Part shown: positions 1 to 11,200 of the stretch, piece by piece | Layout: each line of letters starts with the position of its first letter | How positions within the stretch are numbered: position 1 is the stretch's first letter | Notes under the pieces: generated by a model | Seen by the model: only the letters and a program-made list of their open reading frames with translations | What the model was told of the DNA's origin: nothing | Databases searched by the model: none | Source of the DNA: Ruditapes philippinarum | Lineage: Eukaryota | Assembly (NCBI RefSeq): GCF_026571515.1 | Contig: NW_026861498.1 | Span: forward strand, 62,001-126,000 | DNA length: 64,000 nucleotides | Direction: 5' to 3' | Made by a program: the position numbers and the translations under genes

Positions 1-406
1 TAAATTTGAAATAAAATAGAAAAAAACAGTGTTTATGATTGATACATTATATTAATCAATATTATTTTATATATTTTACAATAATGAGAAACATTAGACC
101 CGGCTTTAGTTATTTTGTTTTTCTCCATTTTATGCAACAGGTTCTTTACGAGTAAAAATATTTTTAGTTAGAGTTAAATATTGGTACAAATGTATACTTT
201 TTTTATATATTTGCGTGTTATTATTGTCTCTCAATGATTTTACCTGAATTTGCTAGATTTTATAATAACATATTTTAAGTTTAACTTATTGTTATTTAGT
301 TATTATGTCATTGATTTAAATGTGTTTAGTATTATTTTGTTTGTTAGTTTATTTCATCATAATTTCCTAAGTATATGAACTTTCAATATTGTCCTTTTTG
401 CAACAG

Positions 407-3400
407 ATTGTGGAAATCCTTCACCGGCTTTTGGTTCTACAAATGACACAGACTTTATATATGGTACTGTGCTGGGAATTACATGCGCCACTGGATATGT
501 CATAACCGGAAGTCCATCTATTTCTTGCACGGCTAATGGAAGCTGGAGTGATAATGCCAATTGCGTACCTTTTGGTAAATACTTCGTGCTATTTACTTTT
601 TGTGAATACTTTTATACAAATAGACACATAAATGTTGGCATTCGAGATGGGAAGAAAGGGAGATCCCTCAAGTGCAATGAAATAAAAGAAGAAGTTGAAA
701 ACTGCAAAACTTTAAAATTTGATAACAAAGAAAGTGTAACATGCAGACTTTCCCATGCAGTGGCTAGAGCTGTTTTCAAACCATTGCACCTGAAATATTT
801 ATGTGTTGATCACGAATGACTCTATACACATATAACAAACCGGAGACGAAGTACAGGGCAATTTGTACGCCGAACTAAAGTAAATTCTTTATTAAGAATA
901 AGTTGTAAGCAACTTTGCATACAAAAACAACTACGATATTGTCATATGTTATATTACAATTTTGTTTTTAAGTAAAACGTTTTTGGTGATACGGTATAAA
1001 GTCTGAAAAAAATCATAACATGTGTCGTACGCATGTAGAAAAATGTTATCACACTCATTGGCATGTTTTCAGATTGTGGAAATCTTACTATTGTAAACGG
1101 CCAGTTTACTGCTTTGTCGGGGACAACATTTGGTCAAACAGCCAACCAGTCATGTGACGCTGGTTATGTCATTTCTGGTCAAGATGTAGCCATATGTACA
1201 ATGACCGGGTGGAATGCACCCGCTGTAGTATGTACTGTTGTCGGTATGCATAATGAATTCTCTAATTATAATGCAAAACGAAAAAAAAGAAATTCTGAAA
1301 GACGTGCTTAAAGGATTAGTTAGCCATTAGACAGAAACTAGGAAATATGAAAGCGATAAGCAACAGGCTTGTATCTAACATCTTAACAAATTAATATACT
1401 TTTGAATACTGATAATTGGAAGCTTGCTTGGTTTGTATTTGTTAGTTAGCTTTACTGCCGATTTTAGCACATGTTTGGTTTTATTTCTGCGGCGTCCGGT
1501 CCAACTTATCGACTATCTTGGACAACTTACTGGTAGTTACCAATTTCTCTACAAGCGACTGACTACATATCTCACGCAGTCTGGTCAGGATCCATGTATC
1601 AGTTTCTTTACTTGTTATGGAGTATGTACGCGAAAAACATGGATCCTGACATCCTGAACAGCATCTGAATCCATGCTGGTCGCAAACCCATTATGTTTGT
1701 TTCGTCATGGCGCGGCTCAATGTCATGACTGTTAGACTCAATGACCGAGTAGAATTCGCCTTGCCCGAAGATTAAACCAGCAACCTCTAGAATTCAAATA
1801 CCATGCTTTCCCTTTTGAGTTTCGTACGCAATCGTGTTCCCGAATGCAGTCTTCCAAATACTTTAAGCTTAGTTGAAATAATTAACTTCAGTAGGTATAT
1901 GTTGCATTTCGATTTATGCAAATTAGAGATATTCATTAAATACAATTATCATTCCTCTTCATGGTCGAAATCAAGTCAATCATATCATTTTGAAATATAC
2001 AACTATATGCGTGCATTATCTTTTTTTATTCAAGACTGTTTAATGCCCACTGTTGCAAATGGGACAATCGCCGACACACCAAATGGCACAACATTCAATG
2101 AAACGGCTATTATATCCTGCATTGATGGGTTTAAACTCAATGGAAGTTCAACTGTAACATGTGAGGATGACGGAAACTGGTCAACACTTCCAACATGCGG
2201 TATCAGAGGTACAAAAGATTCTGTGACATGATTTATTTTTCATTACTATTTAATTGATGATACATGACAAATTTTTAAGTAATCGCACTGTCTGGATCAT
2301 GTGATTTAGTGCATGCATCATGTAGTTTGCAAGGGTATTGATATAACTCATTACAGAATTGGAGCAGTTCCTCTAACCGCTTGCGGAAATCATGAATCGT
2401 TTTTATTCGCCGATTCTTATATTTTTCATTCATTATTCTATATAAATTGTCGTGAACAGACTGATTAGACATGTAAGGGTGCATTTTTGCGGGTGAAAAG
2501 GGGGAGATTATAGCATTTATTAATTCAAGCGCCTTGTCCGGTATATACCGGAGTTCGGTATTAAGCTAGGTACTCCATCACCAGTAAAGCTGGAACGTCG
2601 CGATACGACCTATACTGTGTCGATGTGACGTAAAACCCAAAACAAGACAAAACAAATTAAGTGAGGTGCTTCATCACCTTTTAGTCTCACTCGTTTGCAA
2701 ATGATAATTAATTGTTGTTGTTGTTTTTTGTTGTTGTTCTTTAGCTTTTTGTGTTTTTGTTTCTTTTTTGTTTTAATAATTTAAATCTTTTGTTAATTCG
2801 TCCTTTTAAACATGTGTAGGTTACGGAAAATATTTTCTATTGACTTCTATTGACTTCTCAGTTCAGTATTGTCTCCTTTGTTCGTAATAAGTTAACTCAT
2901 GGACTGTGTTTTTTGTTTTATTATATGTGACTTTTTCCCGGCACTTGTTTTCATTTTTTGTATATATAAAGATATTCTAGTCATTTTACTTATTTCCCAG
3001 TATCAGTCATAGTGTTATTACTTGACCTTTACTTATTATAACGCAAAAATATTATAATTATAAATACATACTGTCATTAAATGATAGATTGTGGTCCAAT
3101 CACTGTTGAAAATGGAAATGCAACAACTTCACATATCGGTGCAACACTAGTTGGAGATACGGCTGTGGTGTCGTGTAGTGTGGGATACATTGCTTCCAGG
3201 ATCTCAATATCGTGCCTTCCATCTGGACAGTGGGAAAACGTGACATGCAGGATAATAGGTTACTGTATTTTGTAACTGACATACTGTTTGTAAATGTCTA
3301 ATTAAACATATATAGCTTGATACATAATATTAAATATTGAAATTAAGAGTTATGCGTGTATGAAATTGCGAAATTAAGAATTGAAAACTTAAATGGTAAA

Positions 3401-6400
3401 ATTTTAAGTATTTTTAACAAAATTGACTGTTTAGATAAATAGCTTGAAAAGTTATATCTCTGCTGTTGCTAGCTATTGTACTCTGGAGTACTATCGCAAA
3501 AAGGGAAAAGTAACAGGATATTTACCTAATTGTTGAAATTATAGTTCTACATAATTGGCCGCGACCCGAATTAATACACATACATTTAACTCAGATCTTC
3601 GGCACGAAGTTGAGCTTGAGATATCAGATAAAGTTAACACTAAAAAAAAGTATACCTTGATGCCTAGTGTAAATGTAAGCACAATTAGGCAATCTGAGAC
3701 AACTTCGGCTCGACAACAAGAGTTGTCACTTTGGACTTCTCAGCTTGGCATCGCTACGACTTCCTATACAAAAGTTATCGGATTAAAATTGTACTGCTAC
3801 TACTAGTGGTATAGAGATTGCTAAAAATCAGTCGAGAATCCTCGTATTGTGTAAAATACAATCGGGTAGATATAAAGAAATCATCTTGGAGCTTGGTTAT
3901 ATAGTTGTTTAATTTGTTTTGGTATTTCTGTTAATTGGCTTGTCGCATATAATCGGATCATCTTTGGAAAAACTGCTTCCAAAACGACATAAGTTCCATA
4001 AGCATTAGAATTAATGTTTACTTTCAGATTGCGGAAATCCCCAAATTATTCTTCATGGATTTTTCTTACTTTTGACTGATACGGTTACAACATACGGTTC
4101 ATCAGCCAAAGTTGTTTGTGATGAAGGATATGGAAGTAAAAAACAGAATATATTATGTCAATCAAACGGGATGTGGGAGACAGTATCTTGTATTAAAACA
4201 GGTATTACATTTTTATTACGAACAAAAATTAATGTTGTTTGATACATGTACCTTGATAAGTGAAATATTTACGACATGGAATATTTCATTACATTACATG
4301 TTCAATGAATTATTTTGAAGATTTCCACAAAATAAAGAACCTTCTTTTTTGTGTTTGTATTGTAGGTATTTCTCTCAATTGATCGTGTGCAAATGAAAGA
4401 TGAAATAAATTATGGTATTTTAAGTATGAAATCTCTTACAAAATGGTTTAAGCATCATAATTGATATAGTATATAGATATAATTCAGAAGATATGTTTAC
4501 GCCATTTATTGTAGATGACCAAGGTGTCTCTACGACCATTCTTGTCTCCGTCTTAGTGAGTGCAGTGATCGCCGTCACAGCTGCCGTTGGTTTGGTAGCT
4601 TTATGGAACGTAATTCCTAAGAATCAAGTACCAAAGCCAACTTTTGAGGTACAAACTTGTTTTTATTATACACCAGATATACAAGGATATAATATGATTT
4701 TTTAGTGTTTATTTGCAAGTTTTATTGCAGCTGTTTAAAACATTGAAATTGTTGTTTTTTTCATATTATTAAAAAATGATGCAGAATCAAAGTTAAATTT
4801 AGGCACGTGAACATAATTGTTAAGGAAAGAGCATAGTTTTTCTTTTATTTCTGCCTGATGTATAAAGAATAATGATTAATGATATAAGTTTATGTTTTCG
4901 CGCTTATTAAAAGATACATCAATTAATAAAATTTACATACTTGTACTTATTGACGATAGTATTTAAAAATATCATATTGAAGGCCTTAACCATATGTTAC
5001 TAAGTCTTCATGAAACAGTGACCAATGACCTTCATGAGAAAAAACGATCCAATTATCTTTTATTATAAGAATAATGTAAATTAATAAAACTAGAAATGTG
5101 TCCATAGGACACGGGTGCCCCCACGGCGCCACTGTTATGTCAATCTTTTCACCAAGTCAAGGGAAATAACTCTACAAATACTGGATAAATCCACAAGCGA
5201 AACCCCAGGTGCAAATCTAAATATAATGAGCAACCTGCCCATAAGGTTTAATGACTATGTCAAATCCTTTTTGAGTAACTTGGGACACAAGTTGAAAATT
5301 GCAAAAAAAATCTTAGTGAAGGGCAATAACTCTAAAAATAGTAAATAAATCCAGACGAAAATACCTGGTGCACAACTGCATTTGCTGATCAATATTCCTG
5401 TAAAGTAACATGATTCTAGGTCAAATACTTTTTAGTTACGTGTGATACATGTTGAAAATTGCAAAATTTTACTAAGTCAAGGGCAATAACTCTAAAAATA
5501 CTAAAAATATCCACACGAAAATACACAGGTGCACAACTACACATTCTGAGCAACATTCCTGAAAAGTTTCATGACTCTAGGTCAAATACTTTTTGAGTTG
5601 CGTGTGACACAAGTTGAAAATTGCAAAATTTTACTAGGTCAAGGGCAATAACTCTGAAAATACTAAAAATATCCACACGAAAATACCAAGGTGCACAACT
5701 ACACATGCTGATCAACATTCCTGTAAAGTTTCATGACTGTAGGTCAAATACTTTTTGAGTAACATGCGACACAAGTTGAAAATTGCAAAATTTTACTAAG
5801 TCAAGGGCAATAACTCTGAAAATACTAAAATTATCCAGACAAAAATACCCAGGTGCACAACTACACATGCTGATCAACATTTCTGTAAAGTTTCATGACT
5901 CTAGGTCAAATACTTTTTGAGTTACGTGCGACACAAAAGTGAACGGACGGACGGAAGGACGGATAGACAGACGGACGGACAAGGGTAAATCTAAATGTAC
6001 GCCACTAACGTGGGGGCACAAAAAATAGATAACAGAACTTTATAACGGTATCTCAAATTGATAAGAAGCTCAAAATGACAATAAGCTTGCTTGATTTGTC
6101 ATTTATGACCCTCCCCACTCCTCAAATACCCGATTAATATTTATTTGTACAGTTATTTACAACGTCTGTGCAAGTACGTATGACATGGAACGTGTGTCCG
6201 CCCGGTATGACATTAAACACGTCCGCCCGTTATGTCATAGAACATGTTCAACCGCTTAGCTCAGTAGAGAGAGCACGGATTCGATCCCAGGGAAAAGAAT
6301 CAGATACGGAAATCATGAGGAAAAATAGTCGGTCAGTTGCAGATTAACTGGTAATTGCCAGTTAGTTATCCAGGAAGGCTGGTTCGATAGAATGCCCGTC

Positions 6401-6738
6401 TGGATATGAATATATAAAAACTTAGCGATAAAAAAAAGAAAACGTAATTACATTGTAAAATTGAGTAGAGAGAAAAGTTGATCTTCGTTGCCATACTGTT
6501 AGAAACGAAAACAAAATTGTCTGACATAGAAATATCTATTTTAGCATTTTTTATTTCTATATCACTTAAAGACTGAAACCACACTATATGAAATCTGTTT
6601 TCACAAACTATTTTTGTATTTCAGAAATCTGTTGAATCAGGGGTATCGCTGGTTTGGAACAGTAAAATTAATGCAATGAAAGAGGAAAACACTTATGATT
6701 TGAACTTCGATGGATATCATTACAATGGAAAACTTTGA
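407..6738 (+). CDS. Gene 1 (5'-partial): multi-Sushi/CCP type I membrane protein
   Basis: Exons read from AG/GT boundaries: CCP 407-574, 1073-1243, 2035-2208, 3088-3258, 4028-4201; TM 4515-4648; last exon 6625-6738 (KSVESGVSLVWNSKINAMKEENTYDLNFDGYHYNGKL*). Each CCP exon is phase 1-1 and has the DC..NG..C..G[YF]..C..G.W..C pattern. The spliced frame is open. Confidence 0.9.
1425..1815 (-). mobile_element. Degenerate tRNA-derived SINE with nested MITE fragment (1577-1720)
   Basis: TTGG/TTTG-type tail at the left and a tRNA-like head on the minus strand at about 1755-1815; the body is interrupted by a piece of the 7602 MITE family. Confidence 0.5.
2530..2656 (+). mobile_element. SINE 3' fragment
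   Basis: CACCAGTAAAGCTGGAACGTCGC..GACCTATACTGTGTCGATGTGACGTAAAACCC plus (CAAAA)n tail; related fragment at about 40690-40750. Confidence 0.55.
4515..4648 (+). CDS. Gene 1 transmembrane exon
   Basis: gtag|ATGACC...TTTGAG|gtacaa; encodes DDQGVSTTILVSVLVSAVIAVTAAVGLVALWNVIPKNQVPKPTFE, about 22 hydrophobic residues; phase 1-0. Confidence 0.88.
5088..6025 (-). mobile_element. Non-autonomous Helentron-associated (HINE-like) element with internal ~161-bp tandem array
   Basis: Terminal hairpin GTGTCC-ATA-GGACAC, subterminal IR GTGCCCCCACG/CGTGGGGGCAC, (GGAC/AGAC)n microsatellite 5944-5980, and about 5 repeats (AAGGGCAATAACTCT-type marker at about 5158, 5318, 5478, 5640, 5802). Confidence 0.8.
6250..6420 (+). 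mobile_element. tRNA-derived SINE remnant
   Basis: Pol III A-box-like TAGCTCAGTAG and B-box-like GATTCGATCC; the body resembles the reverse complement of 1500-1570. Confidence 0.5.
6625..6738 (+). CDS. Gene 1 terminal cytoplasmic exon
   Basis: tttgtatttcag| acceptor, 37 codons then TGA. Phase 0 matches the TM exon. Contains ENTYD, echoed by ENPYD in gene 2. Confidence 0.75.
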   Translation, partial: KSVESGVSLVWNSKINAMKEENTYDLNFDGYHYNGKL

Positions 6739-7601
6739 ATACATGCTTTAATGCAGAATTCGGAAGAAAATCAACACGACGTTTATCTTCACACTGCCGC
6801 CATGTGGACACACGGTTGCTTCCCGTTATGATTAAAATCAGCATGGTACCTGAAAGAAAAAAATATGTTTTAAAAGCTTATGCATGATTAAATGAGAGAA
6901 CATATATACGTTCTCATATATGAACGTTATTATATAGATTGCGGACATCAGACATTATTTTCAACTATTTACGAATTCTAATATTTTTTTTTTGTTAAAG
7001 TTCATAAAATTTTTTTCTTTTACCAAATAAATATGTAACATTATGCTTAAAGTGAATTATGTTTTCGTTCATATGTATGTAACAATTTTTTTACAATGAT
7101 CGGTATTTTATTTGATAACAGATTATAGCACGAGGAAAGAGTGCTGTTACATTTTTTCTTACCTCGTAAAACTTGCACTTTAAGACATTAAAAATCTTAT
7201 ATCTATTATTTTTTTATGTACACTTTCTACTTTGAAACGTGCTTGTGTTTTTTTGTTTGTTTTTGTTTTTGTTTATTTTTTCATAAATGAAAACATATTT
7301 ATAAATGTTTTAAGCAAATTTATCAATCTCTAGACGTTTACGTATACTCTATAAAGTTTTTTTTCCAACGTGTATCCTTTGTTTATTCTGATAATCAATA
7401 CAATATGAGTTATGTTTGTTAGTTTGTAAAATGTATATCTGTTTATACGAAATGGAAAATAAAAAGGTAAATAAAACAACAACAAAATCTTTAAAAATAA
7501 TCTTAAATTTTATAAAATTGCCTTAAGTTTTATATATTGTGGAGTATAATAAACATGCTGTGTTATCTGTTACTACGATCAAGTACGATGATATCAAGAT
7601 A

Positions 7602-7832
7602 TACGAGCCGCGTCACGACAAAACTAACGTAATGCGTTTGCGACCAGCATGGATCCAGACCAGCCTGCGCATCCGCGTAGTCTGATCAGGATCAATGATG
7701 TTCGCTATCAGTTTATCTACTTGTAATATAGTTGTAAGCGATCCTGATCAGACTGCGCGGATGCGCAGGCTGGTCTGGATCCATGCTGGCCGAAAACGCA
7801 TTATGTTGATTTTGTCGTGACGCGGTTCATAT
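7602..7832. mobile_element. Palindromic foldback MITE
   Basis: About 90-bp arms GAGCCGCGTCACGACAAAA..GGATCCAGACCAGCCTGCGCATCCGCG..GATCAGGATC mirrored on the right; shorter copies at 1577-1720 and 8551-8678. Confidence 0.82.
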
Positions 7833-8219
7833 ACTTGTTTAACGTATTTACTATCCTAAGTTATCATAAACCGACTAAAACATATAATACATATGAAAAA
7901 CATTTTGCAACGTTTGTGGTGGGTTTATTCCTTGTCTACTTCAAGTTAAAATTAATTCTTTTATACACTAACAAATGCACAGTAGCCACAATTATAAAGG
8001 AAATAAAAGGATTACATACTTGTGTACGAATATGATATCTATACTATGTATGTAAATTTTCCCCATTAGTTTTTGAGAGGTTTCAAAACAAGTTATGGAG
8101 AACAATTAACCGGAAATTATTGCAGGCTTAATACTTTGCATCTCAACATGTTGTTCAAGGGTAATAATATGTTCCTTGAATGAAATTTGTTTCAATCATG
8201 AATAGTTGATCAAACAATC

Positions 8220-8280
8220 ATGGTTGTAAGAAAATGTCTTTTCGGAGTTTTAATTTGTTTGTGTTTCTATTTTGGAAAAG
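8220..8280 (+). CDS. Gene 2 signal-peptide exon
   Basis: ATG..MVVRKCLFGVLICLCFYFGK G|gtattc; basic n-region plus hydrophobic core; phase 1 joins the lectin-like exon. Confidence 0.8.
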
Positions 8281-11200
8281 GTATTCAGTAACAATTTATT
8301 TCCAGTATTTTTTAAATAATGATAAATTAATAAATATATATTTTGTAAGAAAATAGTTTCTGTTGTTATAAGTTTTTTTTTTAAAAAGAAAAAATGCCAA
8401 TATTGTATTCACTAAATATTAAAACTAGCACCAATTTTAATGTTGGAAATTAAGTACAATATTCTCAAACAAAAAAGAATTATGTTTTATAAAGTGTATT
8501 CGGAGATCGATTTTCTAATTTAAAATAAACTTAACAGGTTATATATATATTTGAGCCGCGTCACGACAAAACCAACATAATGGGTTTGCGATCAGCATGG
8601 ATCAGCGGATGCGCAGGCTGGTCAGAATTCATGCTGGTCGCAAACGCACTATGTTGGTTTTGTGATGTCTCTGCTAATTTATTTCTTATAATTATCTAAA
8701 TGTTGTTCCAGGACAAGTCGTCGTTTCATTCGAAATGTTACAGAATGAGACTTTTTGTGACCTCAAGAACGTGAATATTACTTGCGATAATAATGAGATG
8801 ATTGCCATCGAATCTCTGAACTTCTATTATCATCCAGATTGTAACAATACGTGTTGTAGCTTTAATTACAGTCATCATAATGTCGGAGCAAACAACAACG
8901 ATTTCCAGAATATTCGTCGTAATTGTTCAGGAAAATCTAGCTGTGCTGAAGACCTAAATGGAACTCGACAGTTTGGATCGATTGGTGAAGAATTACCTTC
9001 CTACGTGGTGCTGAAATATTACTGTATACCTAGTAAGACTAAGCAACTTTCTAGTAGTACTATAACATAATGATATATTTGACACTTATATTTTCAGGTT
9101 GAATTTTATGTAAATATTTTAAGCGTATCTTATACATACAGCCATAAATCAAAAGATTTATTTTCATTCTTATTGTGTATTTGTTTGAAACAAACATCTG
9201 CAATAAGGAGAGTGTGGTGTTTACTTCCTGTTATCGTCAGAAAAAAAACCTATTTTGAATTTTCCACCTCATTCTCCATAACATCCATAAGTAGTTTGTC
9301 ATTTTTTTTATTTAACATGTAGATAAAGAAGTAAAAAATTGTGCTGAAATATTACTGTATACCTAGTAAGACTAAGCAATTTTCTAGTAATAATATGATA
9401 TGATATCATTAACACTTATATTTTCAGGTTTAATTTCATGTAAATATTTTAAGCGTACCTTACATATACCTCAGGAAATCAAAATATTTTTTTATTCTTA
9501 TTGTGTATTTGTTTGAAACAAACATCTGAAATATAAAGAGTGTGATGTTAACTTTCTGTTATCGTCAGAAAATTTTGAATTATAAGTTTCTACCACATTC
9601 TCCATAACATCCATAAGTAGTTTGGTAAGAAATTCAGTCATTTTTTCACTCAACATGTATATAAAGATGTAAAACATTTTTTTTAAATTTCATTCCCCCA
9701 TCCCTAATGACAATTGAGAAGTAATTTCCGCGTCTATTATGTTTTATGAGCTTTTTGATTTTATGAAACCACAAAAAAATGTGTTTGCATGGTGAAATGC
9801 TTATGCTCAGTTAAGATAGCTAAGATCGGATAACAACCATGATTAAGGAAGATGTATTCATAGAATAACCGTTTTATTCTGAAGACCTAGACCACATGCT
9901 GAACGCTATAAAATTTCGTGCCACTGTTGATAACTGTATTACTGCATCAATGTTCCCACAATGCATAAATTGTAGTGACAGCGAGCTGTTATGAGAATGA
10001 TCATAATACCAACCCATTCCTTACACCGTTTCTAGGAATATGTTTCAAAAATGAAATTCCTTTATTTGTTTAGAAAACAGGACATCAACAATTTGCTCTG
10101 ATGGAGTGCTGGAGTCAACTGGACATCCGCTGTACTTAACAAACGAAAATTATCCATCGCTTGCTACTGGCAATAGCACTTGCTCATGTTCCATAGAAGT
10201 CAACTCTTGCGCATCGAATATAACTTTGTCCATGTTTGATGTAGACTTTAACAACCATCCAGCGACCTGTGAACAAAGTATTGAGCTTAAAAATGGAGCG
10301 GATGATGTGTTGAAACAGATTCTTTGCAATAGTTACAATAAGAACAACAGTATAATGGTCGAACAGATCACGTCACATTATCTGAAGATAGATTTTATTG
10401 ACAATTCCTTACAAGACCAAGGTCACTTTTTTGTTGGATTTGCAGGTACCATTACGGAATGATAATAACAATTTCAGCACTGATTCCATTTAAAGATATT
10501 TATAAGTTTAACAATATTTTATTACAATTTTGTAACATATAAAATGTGTATTATAATAGAAAACAAATGTTCATTAGTATAGTGCAAATGGATTGGCCTA
10601 AAGTTAGTACAACATTATCTTTATCCTTCCCCACTTAGTTCATAATATATAATGTCCGGATGCTTTTGTGAGAAAAACTTCAAATAACTAACTGAAAATG
10701 GAAGTGACAATGAAAAAATAAATATTATAATTTCGAAAAATTATATAGATTAAACTAATAGTTGAAGCACACACACGCGCACGCACGTGCTTACACACAA
10801 ACGCACACACAAAACTCTTGAGGAAAAGGATAAAAACACACAGTCAAATGTAATTTTAATTCACGAGAATTGTCGATATTATGACTTTGTGTTTAAAATT
10901 TCGTGTCGATAGACAATCTCCTTCAAATCCAGACACTTTACTTACAGCTTCAGCGTTTCAAAACATTGTTGTCTGCTTATTGCTATTTACAAACAAGTTT
11001 CATGAAAAACAAGCATACTATAATATTTACCGTGATTAAAATATGTGTACATGTATATGTTTATATTGTAAATAACACAATTTCATGTCATTTTAAAAAA
11101 CACTTAACTTATTTATTTCAGCATCTGAGGAAAATGTATCATTCAGTCTAAGATGTCCTTACCAGCGGGAAACAATCTGCCTTCGTAAGTACTTATCTTC

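Noticed and set aside
8050-8120. NF-kB-like (AAATTTTCCCC) and ETS-like (ACCGGAAAT) sites upstream of gene 2
   Set aside because: Short, imperfect matches expected by chance, and the TSS is unknown.
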